Below, piece by piece: positions 45,614 through 57,556 of a DNA stretch of 64,000 nt. A model generated the notes under the pieces. That model made no database searches, was not told the origin of the DNA, and saw only the letters and a program-made list of their open reading frames with translations. The DNA is from Candidatus Acidiferrales bacterium (GTDB lineage Bacteria; Acidobacteriota; Terriglobia; Acidiferrales; UBA7541), in assembly GCA_036833535.1 (NCBI GenBank), contig DAITPO010000002.1, positions 36,687-100,686 of the forward strand, given 5' to 3'. The position numbers and the translations under genes were made by a program. Every line of letters starts with the position of its first letter. Position 1 is the first letter of the stretch.

Positions 45614-46171
45614 ATGGCCAAGCGCAAAAGAAAGCAGCCGAAGTCACGAACCCGATCCGCAAAACCAACACAACCCAAGCAAGCCCAGCCGGACTCCAGC
45701 CACGCTCTGCGCCTGCAATTGGCAAAATGTCTCGAGACCAGCGAGGCCCACGCCTCCTGGCGCGACTCTTTCGCCGAAATGCCGCCCGAGCTCCGGGGCG
45801 CGAAATTCGTAGGCTCGCCGCACACCGCGTGGCAATTGCTCGAGCATCTGCGCCTCGCTCAATGGGACATCCTAGAATTCAGCCGCGACGCCAAGCATAT
45901 CTCCCCGGATTTTCCACTGGGCTATTGGCCGCCGACTCCCGCCCCCCCGGATGATGCCACCTGGGACAAAAGCGTGCGCGCCTTCCACCACGACGTCGAA
46001 GAAATGCGCAAACTCATCCTCGATCCACAAACCGATCTCTTCGCGAAAATCCCGCACGGCTCCGGCCAAACCATCCTCCGCCAAGCCCTGCTAATCATCG
46101 ATCACAACGCCTATCATCTAGGTCAGTTAGTCCTTCTGCGCCGCTTACTGGACGCCTGGCCAACTCAGTAG
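45614..46171 (+). CDS. DinB-family (DinB_2-like) protein
   Basis: I place the start at the ATG after GGAGG. Lys-rich N-terminal tail, then HTAWQLLEHLRLAQWDILEF ... IIDHNAYHLGQLVLLRRLL. Confidence 0.7.
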   Translation: MAKRKRKQPKSRTRSAKPTQPKQAQPDSSHALRLQLAKCLETSEAHASWRDSFAEMPPELRGAKFVGSPHTAWQLLEHLRLAQWDILEFSRDAKHISPDFPLGYWPPTPAPPDDATWDKSVRAFHHDVEEMRKLILDPQTDLFAKIPHGSGQTILRQALLIIDHNAYHLGQLVLLRRLLDAWPTQ

Positions 46172-46200
46172 CGCCGGCGTCCCCGCCGGCATCCGACGAG
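46168..46200 (+). repeat. R1 REP element
   Basis: GTAGCGCCGGCGTCCCCGCCGGCATCCGACGAG. Its TAG (46169-46171) is the DinB-family gene stop. Confidence 0.8.
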
Positions 46201-46315
46201 CGCAAAATCTGCCAAGGCAACCGATCTCGCGCGGACCACGCAGCCAAACCAATAGCGTCCCCAATCCGTACTTTCCTCAATAGACGCGCAAACCCGCATC
46301 CCCTATATTGACTTG

Positions 46316-48016
46316 ATGCCCGCGCCCATCAATCTTCTCGAGCCTCTCCGCCGCTACTGGGGCTACGACTCCTTCCGCCCCATGCAAGAGCGCATCATCC
46401 GCAGTCTTATCGCGGGAAAAGACACCTGCGCAATCATGCCCACAGGCGGTGGCAAATCGCTCTGCTATCAATTACCTGCCGCCCTCGCGCCGAAGAGCAC
46501 CGCCATCGTGGTCTCTCCCCTGATCGCCCTCATGCAGGACCAAACCGCCCAACTCGCCCAGATGGGCATCGAAGCCGCGGTCTTGAATAGCTTCGTAGCC
46601 AAAAAAGAAGCCAGCGCAATCATGGACCAGGCGGCCGAAGGCCGTTACCGCCTGCTCTATCTTTCTCCCGAACGCATCGCGCAGCGTCCCACCATGGCCT
46701 GGCTGCAGCACGTCCCCGTTTCCTTCTTCGTGATCGATGAAGCTCACTGCATCTCCGAATGGGGCCACGAATTTCGCCCCGAATATCGCCAGCTCAGTAG
46801 CCTGCGCATCCACTTTCCCGATCGCCCGCTAGCAGCCTTCACCGCCAGCGCCACGCAGCACGTCCGCCACGACATCATCGAGCAGCTCAAGCTTCGCGAC
46901 CCTGACAAATACATCGCCAGCTTCTATCGTCAGAATTTGAACTACATCGTCCGCCAATGCGACGCCGACACGCAGTTCTCTCAGTTCGTGGACGCCATTC
47001 GCGCGCATCCCGAAGGCAGCATCATCGTCTACTCGCCGACCATCGTCCGCGTGAAAGAAACCGTGGAAGCGCTCAAGGCCAATGGCATCGACGCCCTCGG
47101 CTATCACGGCAAAATGGAAGCTCCCACGCGCCGCCGCAATCAGGAAGCCTGGATGGCCGGCGATGTCCGCGTAATCGTCGGCACGGTCGCTTTCGGTCTC
47201 GGAATAAATAAGGCCGACGTTCGCGCGGTGATTCATCTCTCGCTGCCCAAATCCATCGAGCAGTATTACCAGGAAGCAGGCCGCGGAGGCCGCGATGGCC
47301 GCCCCACTGATTGCCTTCTGCTATGGCAACCGCGCGATGCCGGCCTACTCGGGCACTTCATTTCGCAGATTAACGATGCGGCCGAGAAAGAGCGCGCCTG
47401 GCAGCGCTACAACACCATTCGCGATTTCGTCGAATCCAATGCCTGCCGCCACCAACGCATCTGCTCCCATTTCGGCGAGAAAACAAAGTGGGAAACTTGC
47501 GGCGCATGCGACGTCTGCGGCTATATCCCCGATTGGCTAATAAGCCCGTTGCCGCCGAAGCCGCGCAAGAGATCGAAAGCGCAACGGCCGCCAAAGAGCG
47601 CGCCGATTCCTGCTCTAATTCCCGCATCAATTCCGGCATACAGCCATGCGCCAATTTCGGCGCCAATGCGTGCATCAACAGCATCCGCTGCCCCGCCAAA
47701 AGTCACGCTGCCCGCGCCAGTGGCCGCCGATCTAGCCGAGCTGCGCGCCTATCTCCGCGAATGGCGCCGCCAGACCGCGCAACGCCAAACCATCGCCGCG
47801 TTCATAGTCATGCACGACACGACCCTCGACGATCTCTGCGAGAAGCGCCCCACCTCGTTAGCCGAACTCCGCCAAGTCTTCGGCTTCGGCGTCCGCAAAA
47901 CCGAACTCTACGGCCAGGAAATCCTCGAAGCATTCAAACAATTCCGCGAAGGCGCCCGAGCCGACTCCACCCAACAAAAATTCCAAACCCAAGCCGCCGG
48001 CTCGCCATCAAAGTAA
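46316..48016 (+). CDS. recQ: ATP-dependent DNA helicase, RecQ family
   Basis: FRPMQERII, MPTGGGKSLCYQLPA, DEAHCISEWGHEFRPEY, a Zn-finger Cys cluster (CRHQRICSHFGE...CGACDVC) and an HRDC-like C-terminus. The ATG is one codon inside the track TTG. Confidence 0.9.
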   Translation: MPAPINLLEPLRRYWGYDSFRPMQERIIRSLIAGKDTCAIMPTGGGKSLCYQLPAALAPKSTAIVVSPLIALMQDQTAQLAQMGIEAAVLNSFVAKKEASAIMDQAAEGRYRLLYLSPERIAQRPTMAWLQHVPVSFFVIDEAHCISEWGHEFRPEYRQLSSLRIHFPDRPLAAFTASATQHVRHDIIEQLKLRDPDKYIASFYRQNLNYIVRQCDADTQFSQFVDAIRAHPEGSIIVYSPTIVRVKETVEALKANGIDALGYHGKMEAPTRRRNQEAWMAGDVRVIVGTVAFGLGINKADVRAVIHLSLPKSIEQYYQEAGRGGRDGRPTDCLLLWQPRDAGLLGHFISQINDAAEKERAWQRYNTIRDFVESNACRHQRICSHFGEKTKWETCGACDVCGYIPDWLISPLPPKPRKRSKAQRPPKSAPIPALIPASIPAYSHAPISAPMRASTASAAPPKVTLPAPVAADLAELRAYLREWRRQTAQRQTIAAFIVMHDTTLDDLCEKRPTSLAELRQVFGFGVRKTELYGQEILEAFKQFREGARADSTQQKFQTQAAGSPSK

Positions 48017-48179
48017 CTCCGCTCCCCTCTCCGCTCGTGACTCCGCGCCTCCCTGCGCTTCGCTCTCTGCGGTGATCTCTGCGCCCTCAGCGTCTCTGCG
48101 GTGCGTCCGCTCTCTTATGGAATTCCACGCTGACCAAATCCCCCCGCATTTTGGCGCTGCCTTTGCATTTCGGTGGGAG

Positions 48180-48218
48180 CCCCCGCATTCATGCGGGGGA
48201 GGAGCGCTTCAGCGCTCC
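48180..48218 (+). repeat. Two adjacent GC hairpins with TTCA loops
   Basis: CCCCCGCAttcaTGCGGGGG followed by GGAGCGCttcaGCGCTCC, inside a 368-nt REP-rich spacer between recQ and sucA. Confidence 0.5.
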
Positions 48219-48384
48219 GAGAAAAACTCTGCCGCTGACGATGCGCTTTAGCGCTGGGCCTTTGACGCAGCTCTCAAGCTCCCTCGCGCCACTGCGCCGC
48301 TTCGCGAGATGCTCTCCCCCCCCGGAAATCGCAAGAACTCCCCGCTTCCGTTTATAATGTTCTCTCACTCCGGAGAACCCACGA

Positions 48385-50868
48385 ATGCCTCGCGCCCAAG
48401 CAACCGCAGAAGCCGAATCCGCCTCAACCAAGCGCGAAGCCACTTTCGACTCCTTCCGCCGCTGGGGCTATCTCCAAGCCGATCTAGATCCGCTAGGCGA
48501 CCTTCAACCCGTCGCCATGCCCGAGTTAGAAATCACCGGCAAAGACGCCACCGCAGCCCGCGCCTTCTATTGCGGCACCATCGGCGTAGAATTCATGCAC
48601 ATCCCCGACGCCGATCGCCGCCGCTGGATCGCCCAGCGCATGGAATCGGAAGCCCCGGCCCCCGACCGCGCGCGCATTCTCGAGCGCCTCGTCCGCGCCG
48701 AAATTTTCGAGCAAGTCCTACAAACGCGCTATCTCGGCACCAAGCGCTATTCGCTAGAAGGCAATTCCGCACTTATCCCTCTTCTCGATTCCATCCTCGA
48801 TGCCGGAAGCAGCCTCGGCGCCGAGCAAGGCGTCGTAGCCATGAGCCATCGCGGCCGCCTGAACGTGATGGTCCACACCATCGGCCGCGCCGCCGCGGAA
48901 GTCTTCGCCCGTTTCGAGGATGTTGATCCGCGCAGCGTTCTCGGCGGTGGCGACGTGAAATACCATCTTGGCGCAACGGGCGAATACTTCACGTCCGACG
49001 GCCGCTGCATTGCCATGCATCTCGTCTCGAATCCCAGCCATCTCGAAGCGGTTGATCCAGTAGCCACGGGCCGCGCCCGAGCCAAGCAAACGCGCATCGG
49101 CGCCCAAGGCCGCCGCCGCGTTCTGCCCATTCTCTTGCATGGTGATGCCGCGTTCGCCGGCCAGGGCATTTTGGCCGAGACGCTGAACATGGCCGGCGTC
49201 GAGGGTTTCACGGTCGGCGGCGCAATCCACATCATCGTCAACAATCTCATCGGCTTCACGACCGTGCCCGCTGAATCGCATTCTTCGCGATTCTCTTCCG
49301 ATCTCTCCAAGCGGCTGCCCATTCCGATCTTCCACGTCAATGCCGAAGATCCTGACGCCGTCGTGCGCGTCGGCCGCATCGCTGCCGAGTACCGCTACGA
49401 ATTCTCGAGCCCGGTGGTGATCGATCTGATCGGCTATCGCAAGCACGGCCACAGCGAAGTGGACGACCCGACCATCACGCAGCCGCTGCGCTATCGCAAA
49501 ATCCAGGCGCACGCTCCGCTCTGGCAAATTTATTCGCAGAAGATCGGCGTGGACGCCGCCCCCATGGCCGCAAAAGTTCACGAAGATCTCGACGCCGCGC
49601 AAAAAGCCGCCGAAGAACTCGAGAAGAACCCGCCGATGCGGGAGCTTCCGCCGTACTGGAATGCCTACGAAGGCGGCCGCTACAAACCCGCGCTCGAAGT
49701 AGAAACAGCGGTCGAATCGAATGAACTCGCCTCGGTCACCGACGCTCTTACAAGTTATCCGAGCGGATTTCACATCCATCCCAAGGTGAAGAAGCTCCTC
49801 GAACAGCGCGCCGAAATGGGTCACGGCAAGCGCCCGATTGATTTCGGCATGGCCGAAGCCCTCGCCTTCGGCACGCTATTGCGACAAGGCACTCCCGTGC
49901 GCTTGAGCGGCCAGGATTCGCGCCGCGGCACATTCAATCAGCGCCACGCCGCGCTGATCGACATCGAAAACGAAGACGTCTATTTGCCGCTCGCGCATCT
50001 CACCGCCGGCGACGCCTTCTTCGAAATCTACAATTCAACTTTGTCCGAAGCCTCCGTCCTCGGCTTCGAATACGGCTTCAGCCGCGATTACCCCGAAGCG
50101 CTGGTTCTCTGGGAAGCGCAATTCGGCGATTTCGCCAACGGCGCCCAAATCGTGATCGATCAATTCATCGTCGCCGCCGAAACCAAGTGGAATCTTCTCT
50201 CTGGCCTCGTGCTGCTCCTTCCGCATGGTTACGAAGGCCAGGGGCCCGAACATTCCAGCGCCCGCATCGAGCGCTTTCTGCAGCTCGCCGCTCGCGACAA
50301 TATCCAAATTTGCCAGCCGTCCACCGCCGCGCAATATTTCCATCTACTGCGCCGCCAAGCGCTGCGCACATGGCGCAAGCCGCTCGTAGTCTTCACACCA
50401 AAGAGCATGCTGCGAAATCCCGCGGCCTCGTCTCCGCTGGCGCAGCTAACGAGCGGGCGATTCCAAAATGTAATTCCCGACGCCGAAGCACACGACGCGA
50501 CGCGAGTCTTGATCTGCACTGGAAAAATCGGCCACGAACTGATGGCCGAGCGAAAGAAAAGGAAGGACTCTGGAACCGCAATCGTCTTTCTCGAGCAGCT
50601 CTATCCGTTCCCCGAGGCCGAACTCGCAGCCGAGTTTGCGCGTCATGCCTCGGCGCGCGATTTCGTTTGGGTGCAAGAAGAACCGGCCAACATGGGCGCG
50701 CTGGCTTTTCTGCTGCCGCGCCTCGAACGCATCGCCCGCGGCAAGCCCGTCATCAGCGTGAAGCGTTCCGCGGCGGCGAGCCCGGCAACCGGCTCGGCCG
50801 GCGCGCACGAAGTCGAGCAACGCACGCTTCTCAATTTGGCCTTTGCGACATCCTCAGCGCGCGGCTGA
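48385..50868 (+). CDS. sucA: 2-oxoglutarate dehydrogenase E1 component
   Basis: FRRWGYLQADLDPLG, RFSLEG-like YSLEGNSALIPLLD, GMAHRGRLNV-like AMSHRGRLNVM, HGDAAFAGQG, LLLPHGYEGQGPEHSS. 827 aa (short form). Confidence 0.92.
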   Translation: MPRAQATAEAESASTKREATFDSFRRWGYLQADLDPLGDLQPVAMPELEITGKDATAARAFYCGTIGVEFMHIPDADRRRWIAQRMESEAPAPDRARILERLVRAEIFEQVLQTRYLGTKRYSLEGNSALIPLLDSILDAGSSLGAEQGVVAMSHRGRLNVMVHTIGRAAAEVFARFEDVDPRSVLGGGDVKYHLGATGEYFTSDGRCIAMHLVSNPSHLEAVDPVATGRARAKQTRIGAQGRRRVLPILLHGDAAFAGQGILAETLNMAGVEGFTVGGAIHIIVNNLIGFTTVPAESHSSRFSSDLSKRLPIPIFHVNAEDPDAVVRVGRIAAEYRYEFSSPVVIDLIGYRKHGHSEVDDPTITQPLRYRKIQAHAPLWQIYSQKIGVDAAPMAAKVHEDLDAAQKAAEELEKNPPMRELPPYWNAYEGGRYKPALEVETAVESNELASVTDALTSYPSGFHIHPKVKKLLEQRAEMGHGKRPIDFGMAEALAFGTLLRQGTPVRLSGQDSRRGTFNQRHAALIDIENEDVYLPLAHLTAGDAFFEIYNSTLSEASVLGFEYGFSRDYPEALVLWEAQFGDFANGAQIVIDQFIVAAETKWNLLSGLVLLLPHGYEGQGPEHSSARIERFLQLAARDNIQICQPSTAAQYFHLLRRQALRTWRKPLVVFTPKSMLRNPAASSPLAQLTSGRFQNVIPDAEAHDATRVLICTGKIGHELMAERKKRKDSGTAIVFLEQLYPFPEAELAAEFARHASARDFVWVQEEPANMGALAFLLPRLERIARGKPVISVKRSAAASPATGSAGAHEVEQRTLLNLAFATSSARG

Positions 50869-51006
50869 ACGATTTTCGCGGTCCCGGCGAGCGCTCAAAA
50901 AGAGGCCGTTTTCGGCCGATTAGAAATGGCGTCGACCCTTTGTTTTCAACAATTTACGCCAAATTCTAATAATTTTGCGGCCGATTAGAAATCGCGTTTT
51001 AAGCCG

Positions 51007-52029
51007 CTATTTTTCTGCCAAGATCAGGCTTTGCGGCGCCGGCGGTATCGCTTGGGTCGTCACTTTCGAATAGCCGGCGTTGCGGGCCATTCTTTCGTAC
51101 TCGCGAAAAGTGTAGGCGTCTCCCTCGAGCGTCGTGCTCAGCATCGTCAGCGCAAATCCCGCGGCCGGCAACGGCTTCACGCGATCATCATTGGGCACAA
51201 ATTCGACGATCACCGCCGCACCGCCGGGATTCAAAGCCGCGTAAACTTTCTTCAGCAGAGCTTCATTCACTTCCGCGGAAAAGTGGTGCAGGAAATTGGG
51301 CAGCAGCACGAGATCGTATCCCGCTCCGAAATCCACATCGAACGCGCTTCCAGGAATCGTACGAAATCTCTCCGCGACGCCCAATCGTTGCGCGTTGTGT
51401 TTCGCCACTTCCAGCACTTGCGGCCAATCCACCGCAACCATCTCCATTTGCGGATTCCGTTGCGCCAAAGTGATCCCGAACATGCCGTGGCCCGCGGCGA
51501 TATCGAGCGCCTTCTTTGCTTTGGCCGCGCGCGCTTCAATCGCTCCCGCCGCGACCGCCGCCACATTGCCCATCATCGGGCCCATCGATTCCGCAAACTG
51601 AACCCAGATGGGATTCTCCGGCGTCGTCGATTCTCCCTCGGGGACCGCCGAGCCGCCTTTGCGCACCGAGTCGGTGAGGTAATGAAACATGCCCGCCATG
51701 CGCGCATCGCAAAGAAAATTGGCAGCCGAAGCAATGCACATCGGAGATTTGCGATTGAGAAACGCCGCCGAATCGGGCGTCAAAGCGTAGGATTGCGCGG
51801 CCTTGGTCAGGAATCCGAGGATCACCAGATAATCGCAGAGTATGCGAATTCCGCGCTCCGAAGCGCCGCAGCGACTGGCGATTTCGCGCGCCTCGCCGGC
51901 GCCCTCTCCGATTGCAGTGAACACATCCAGTTCAATCGCGGACTTGATCGCCGCGGAGCCTTGATACGCCCGCGCAGTCTCGAAAAATAGTTCCGGCGAT
52001 GGCATGCGCATTTCCCCTGTGGCCGACAT
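51007..52029 (-). CDS. SAM-dependent O-methyltransferase (family 2, with N-terminal dimerisation/wHTH domain)
   Basis: LDIAAGHGMFGITLA (SAM motif I), DLVLLPNFLHHF, 340 aa. Confidence 0.8.
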   Translation of the reverse strand: MSATGEMRMPSPELFFETARAYQGSAAIKSAIELDVFTAIGEGAGEAREIASRCGASERGIRILCDYLVILGFLTKAAQSYALTPDSAAFLNRKSPMCIASAANFLCDARMAGMFHYLTDSVRKGGSAVPEGESTTPENPIWVQFAESMGPMMGNVAAVAAGAIEARAAKAKKALDIAAGHGMFGITLAQRNPQMEMVAVDWPQVLEVAKHNAQRLGVAERFRTIPGSAFDVDFGAGYDLVLLPNFLHHFSAEVNEALLKKVYAALNPGGAAVIVEFVPNDDRVKPLPAAGFALTMLSTTLEGDAYTFREYERMARNAGYSKVTTQAIPPAPQSLILAEK

Positions 52030-52120
52030 AATGGAAATCCTCCGTTAAACCGATGGATAGTTAGGCCCGGCATCGCCGGACTTCTGCACTCATCTTGTTC
52101 CGTGTATTCTACAGGCGAAC

Positions 52121-53685
<1,565 letters not shown>

Positions 53686-53689
<4 letters not shown>

Positions 53690-54693
53690 ATCGACCGAGC
53701 CCCGCCGAAACCAAGCTGCTCATCTGCGTCTGGCACCCATTCGATTTGTGGCGCCCGCCCGCAGCGATGGCCGACGCGGTCCGCGAGCGCTGGCCGGCGA
53801 TGCGCGTTGTGCATTTGCCGAATTACGATCGTCTCGAAGCTGAACTTCCCGAGACACAAATTTTTGTCGGCTATTCCATCCGTTCGCATCAACTTTCCTG
53901 GGCGCGGCAATTGAAATGGATTCACTCGACTGCCGCAGCGGTAGCGCAGCTCACTTATCCCGCGCTGCGCGAGAGCGGCATCCTCGTCACCAATGCCAGC
54001 GGCGTTCACAGCATCCCCATCGCCGAGCACGTCATCGGCATGCTCATCAGCCTGGCACGCCGATTCCCCGACGCGCTCCGCCATCAACAAGATCATCGCT
54101 GGGCACAACAGGAAATCTGGGATTCAAAGCCGCGTCCGGGAGAGCTTCACGACGCGGTGCTGCTGCTCATCGGCCTTGGCGCAGTAGGAAAAGAAATCGC
54201 CAGGCGCGCCCAAGCCTTTGGAATGAAAATCCACGCCGTCACGCGTTCAGGCCGCGGCGACACTTCCCTCGCCACTAAGATCTATCCCGCCACCGAACTC
54301 GAAACGGCCCTCGCGCAAGCCGACTACATCGTAGTAGCCGCCCCTGAAACCCCCGCAACCCACAATCTCCTCGGCGCGCGCCAATTCGCCGCGATGAAGA
54401 GCACAGCGTTCGTGGTCAACGTAGCCCGCGGCTCGCTGATCGACGAAGCCGCGCTAGCCGCAGCCCTCGAGCAACACAAAATCGCCGGCGCCGCTCTCGA
54501 TGTCGCCGCCGAAGAGCCTCTGCCGCCCGCAAGTCCGCTGTGGCGGCTCGATAACATCCTCATCACTCCGCACCTAGCCGCAGCCAGCGAACATCTGTGG
54601 CAACGCCAGACCGATCTGCTACTCAAGAATCTGGAGCTTTGGTTCTCAGGCAGGGACTTGATAAACAGAGTAGATTTCGAAAGCGGCTACTAA
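53686..54693 (+). CDS. D-isomer-specific 2-hydroxyacid dehydrogenase family protein
   Basis: The ATG overlaps the gpmI TGA (ATGA). NAD-binding [44 protein letters not shown]. The first 215 codons of ORF 53041..54693 overlap gpmI and are rejected. Confidence 0.85.
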
Positions 54694-54712
54694 TCAACGC
54701 TCCATGTTCTTC

Positions 54713-54748
54713 GTAGGGGCGTCCGCCTAGGCGGACTGCGCCCGCCCC
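54713..54748 (+). repeat. GTAGGGG-headed palindromic element between convergent genes (terminator-like)
   Basis: GTAGGGGCGTCCGCCtaGGCGGACTGCGCCCGCCCC. The inner stem is GTCCGCC/GGCGGAC and the outer is GGGGC/GCCCC. Confidence 0.45.
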
Positions 54749-54779
54749 ACATAATCCTGGCAAAACTCGCGCCACGAGC

Positions 54780-55889
54780 CTAATCCCCTACCGAGCCGCT
54801 GATCGCCGTATATCCCTCGCGCGCGTACACCACAATCTTCCTCGGCTTCCCCTTCTTATCGTTCACAGTCAGCGGATTCCCCTTGTCATCGAGGACTTCC
54901 ACCTTCAGCTTGTGATACTTCCCGTCGTGCGTCGTATTCGACGGCACAAATCCAATCGTGTATTGATTCCGCAAGAACGCCGTCACCGACTGGAAGATGC
55001 CCGGCAATTCGCCGTCGAACCGCGGGAACCACGCAAATCCTCCGGTCATTTTCGAAAACGTGCTGAGCTGATTTTTCGCCTGCAGATATCCGACTCCGCC
55101 GTCGCGCGTCGAGCGTACGGCAATCTCTTCTGCGGTTCCCACGCAAAATATCGTGACGTCGGTGTTCTTCAATCTCTTCAGCGTCTGGTCCAGCGTGTGC
55201 TTGCTGAACGTATCGTAGCCGGACGACATCAGCAGAATTGACTTCTTGCCTTTCACGTCCTGCAAGCGGTCGATGGTATCGAGCACCGCATCAAAAGTAT
55301 TCGCTTCGCTGAACCCGGGAAAAAACAGGCTGGCGATCGCCTCCTGAACTTCCTCTTTGTTCTGCGTGAAATCCACTTCGATGTGCTGATTCAGATCGTA
55401 GGTAATCAGCGCGACCCAATCATTCTTGTTCAGGTGGCTCAAAAACCCGTAGGACCAATACTTCGCAAACTGCGCGAACCAGCCTCCTCCGATATTGCTG
55501 AACTCCATCAGCATCACGATCGTTATCGGCGCATCCGTCGGCGCAAAATTGGTGATCTGCTGCGGCTCGCCGTTATCCGTCACGCGAAAATTGTCGCGCT
55601 TCAATCCCGTCAGGATGTTTCCGTCCTGATCCGTCACCACGGCGTCCACATTCACCAGGTTCGAGGTGATCGAGAGTTGATATTCCGGCTTGTTCTGGTC
55701 GCCCTGTTGCCCGGCCGGCGCTTTTTGCGGCTGAGCAGGCGGCTGAGGCGGCGGAGCCTGCTGCGCGGGCGGCTTGACCGGACCGTTGTCCTGCTGCTGC
55801 GCCCAGGCGATCCACGCATCCGCCGGCACCGCCAGGCCAATTGTAAGAATGGCCAGCGCGGCCGCACGAATCCAATTTTGCCTCTTCAT
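54780..55889 (-). CDS. VWA-domain protein (VWFA-related Acidobacterial-type)
   Basis: Signal peptide, P/Q-rich linker, LVNVDAVVTDQDGNILTGLKRDNFRVTDNGEPQQITNF, then a VWA-like region. Confidence 0.75.
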   Translation of the reverse strand: MKRQNWIRAAALAILTIGLAVPADAWIAWAQQQDNGPVKPPAQQAPPPQPPAQPQKAPAGQQGDQNKPEYQLSITSNLVNVDAVVTDQDGNILTGLKRDNFRVTDNGEPQQITNFAPTDAPITIVMLMEFSNIGGGWFAQFAKYWSYGFLSHLNKNDWVALITYDLNQHIEVDFTQNKEEVQEAIASLFFPGFSEANTFDAVLDTIDRLQDVKGKKSILLMSSGYDTFSKHTLDQTLKRLKNTDVTIFCVGTAEEIAVRSTRDGGVGYLQAKNQLSTFSKMTGGFAWFPRFDGELPGIFQSVTAFLRNQYTIGFVPSNTTHDGKYHKLKVEVLDDKGNPLTVNDKKGKPRKIVVYAREGYTAISGSVGD

Positions 55890-56070
55890 GGCTCCCTCTC
55901 TGGGCCCGATTCTACCCGTGGAGTCTTTGATGCTGCCACGGCGCCTAACGGATGGTCAATTGCTGCGCAGGGCACGAGCCTCCACGATCCCATCGGGCGC
56001 GCTTGGCCCCGTGCTACGATGAATGGTTCGCGCTCGATCTGCTCGGAAGTCCATTTTTCGGGGGGTGGGG

Positions 56071-57528
56071 ATGTTCCGCAATTTTCTCAAGGTAGGAGTC
56101 GCGTGCCTTTTCGCGGCAACGCTCGCAGCGCCGGCGACGCTCGCGCAGCAGCAACCTCCGTCGCAGCCCGCCGCTGCGCCAGCTCCACCATCCACGGACG
56201 TCACGCACATCACCGACGAAGCCCTGGTCTGGCTCCAGGATTTGATTCGCATCAATACCAGCAATCCGCCGGGCAACGAGCTCGTCGCCGCAAAATACGT
56301 CGGCGGGGTCCTGCAGAAGGAGAATATTCCCTTTGAAATTTTCGAGAGCACGCCGGGGCGCGGCTTTCTCGTCGCGCGTCTCAATGCCGGCCCGTTCCCC
56401 GATCCCTCGCGCGCGCTGCTGCTGATGGCGCATCTTGATGTCGTCGGCGTGGATAAAGCGAAATGGACGGTCGATCCCTTCGGCGGCGTGATCAAAGACG
56501 GCTACATCTACGGCCGCGGGGCCATCGACGATAAAGGCATGCTGGCCGCGAATCTCGCCGTGTTCATTGCTCTCAAGCGCACCGGCGCACGCCTGAATCG
56601 CGACATTATTTTGCTAGCCGAGGGCGACGAAGAGGCCGGCGGCGAGACAGGCATGATTTTCGCCGTGCAAAAGCACTGGGACAAGATCGCCGCGGCTTAT
56701 GCCATCAACGAAGAAGGCCGGGTGATTCTCGCCAACGGTAAAGTTCAATACGTCGGCATCCAAGCCGGCGAAAAAGTTCCCGTCAACGTCGACGTCATCG
56801 CCACCGGCCCATCGGGACATGGCTCCGTTCCGCGACCCGATAACGCCGTCGTGCATCTTGCTGCCGCCGTTGCGAAAATCGGCGGCTATGAAGCCCCCGT
56901 CCAGCTCAACACCATCACTCGCGCCTATTTCGAAGGCCTCGCCAAGATCGTCGACGAAGAAACCGGCAAGTGGATGCGCGAGCTGGAAGCCCCAGACCGC
57001 AAGGACCACGCCGCGCGAATTATTTCGCAAAATCAGATTTGGAACTCGATGCTCCGCGACACTATCGCTCCCACAATGCTGCAGGCCGGGATTCGCCAGA
57101 ACGTTGTGCCCTCCACCGCGCGCGCTGTGTTGAACATTCGCCTGCTTCCCGGAAATTTACTCGATCCGCTGCTCGGGAAACTCACTGAGCTGGTGAACGA
57201 TCCGCAGGTTCGCTTTGAGCCGCAGACTTCCATCGGCCAATCTGCGCCTTCTTCGCCGGTGGATTCCGATCTCTTTGCGGAGATCACACTTACCGCCGCA
57301 AGAGAATTTCCCGGCACCACGGTCGTTCCCATGATGTCCACGGGCGCGACCGATTCGCAGCAGCTCCGGCTGCGCAGCGTGAAAGCTTACGGCCTGCTGC
57401 CGTTCCCGCTCCCTGAAGCCGAAATCCTGCGGATGCACGCCGACGACGAGCGCCTGCCGATCGATTCATTCCGCAAAGGCGTCGCGTTTCTCAGTCACAT
57501 AGTCACAGGCTTCGCCGTTTCCCCGTAG
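56071..57528 (+). CDS. M20-family metallopeptidase (secreted)
   Basis: I place the start at the Met with signal peptide MFRNFLKVGVACLFAATLAAPATLA. AHLDVVGVDKAKWTVDPFGG, GRGAIDDKG, GDEEAGG. Confidence 0.85.
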   Translation: MFRNFLKVGVACLFAATLAAPATLAQQQPPSQPAAAPAPPSTDVTHITDEALVWLQDLIRINTSNPPGNELVAAKYVGGVLQKENIPFEIFESTPGRGFLVARLNAGPFPDPSRALLLMAHLDVVGVDKAKWTVDPFGGVIKDGYIYGRGAIDDKGMLAANLAVFIALKRTGARLNRDIILLAEGDEEAGGETGMIFAVQKHWDKIAAAYAINEEGRVILANGKVQYVGIQAGEKVPVNVDVIATGPSGHGSVPRPDNAVVHLAAAVAKIGGYEAPVQLNTITRAYFEGLAKIVDEETGKWMRELEAPDRKDHAARIISQNQIWNSMLRDTIAPTMLQAGIRQNVVPSTARAVLNIRLLPGNLLDPLLGKLTELVNDPQVRFEPQTSIGQSAPSSPVDSDLFAEITLTAAREFPGTTVVPMMSTGATDSQQLRLRSVKAYGLLPFPLPEAEILRMHADDERLPIDSFRKGVAFLSHIVTGFAVSP

Positions 57529-57556
57529 TCGTAAGGGAGGGTCTTCAGACCCTCCC
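57525..57556 (+). terminator. GTAG-headed hairpin overlapping the M20 stop codon
   Basis: GTAGTCGTAAGGGAGGGTCttcaGACCCTCCC. The TAG at 57526-57528 is the stop. The stem is 9 bp with a TTCA loop. CGTAAG ... CTTACG flanks enclose it. Confidence 0.45.

Noticed and set aside
47551-47720. P/A/S-rich IPA-repeat linker in RecQ (IPALIPASIPAYSHAPISAP) as an inserted element
   Set aside because: It is in frame and sits between the Zn-finger/RQC region and the HRDC-like tail, where flexible linkers are common. No repeat boundaries or REP motifs are present.
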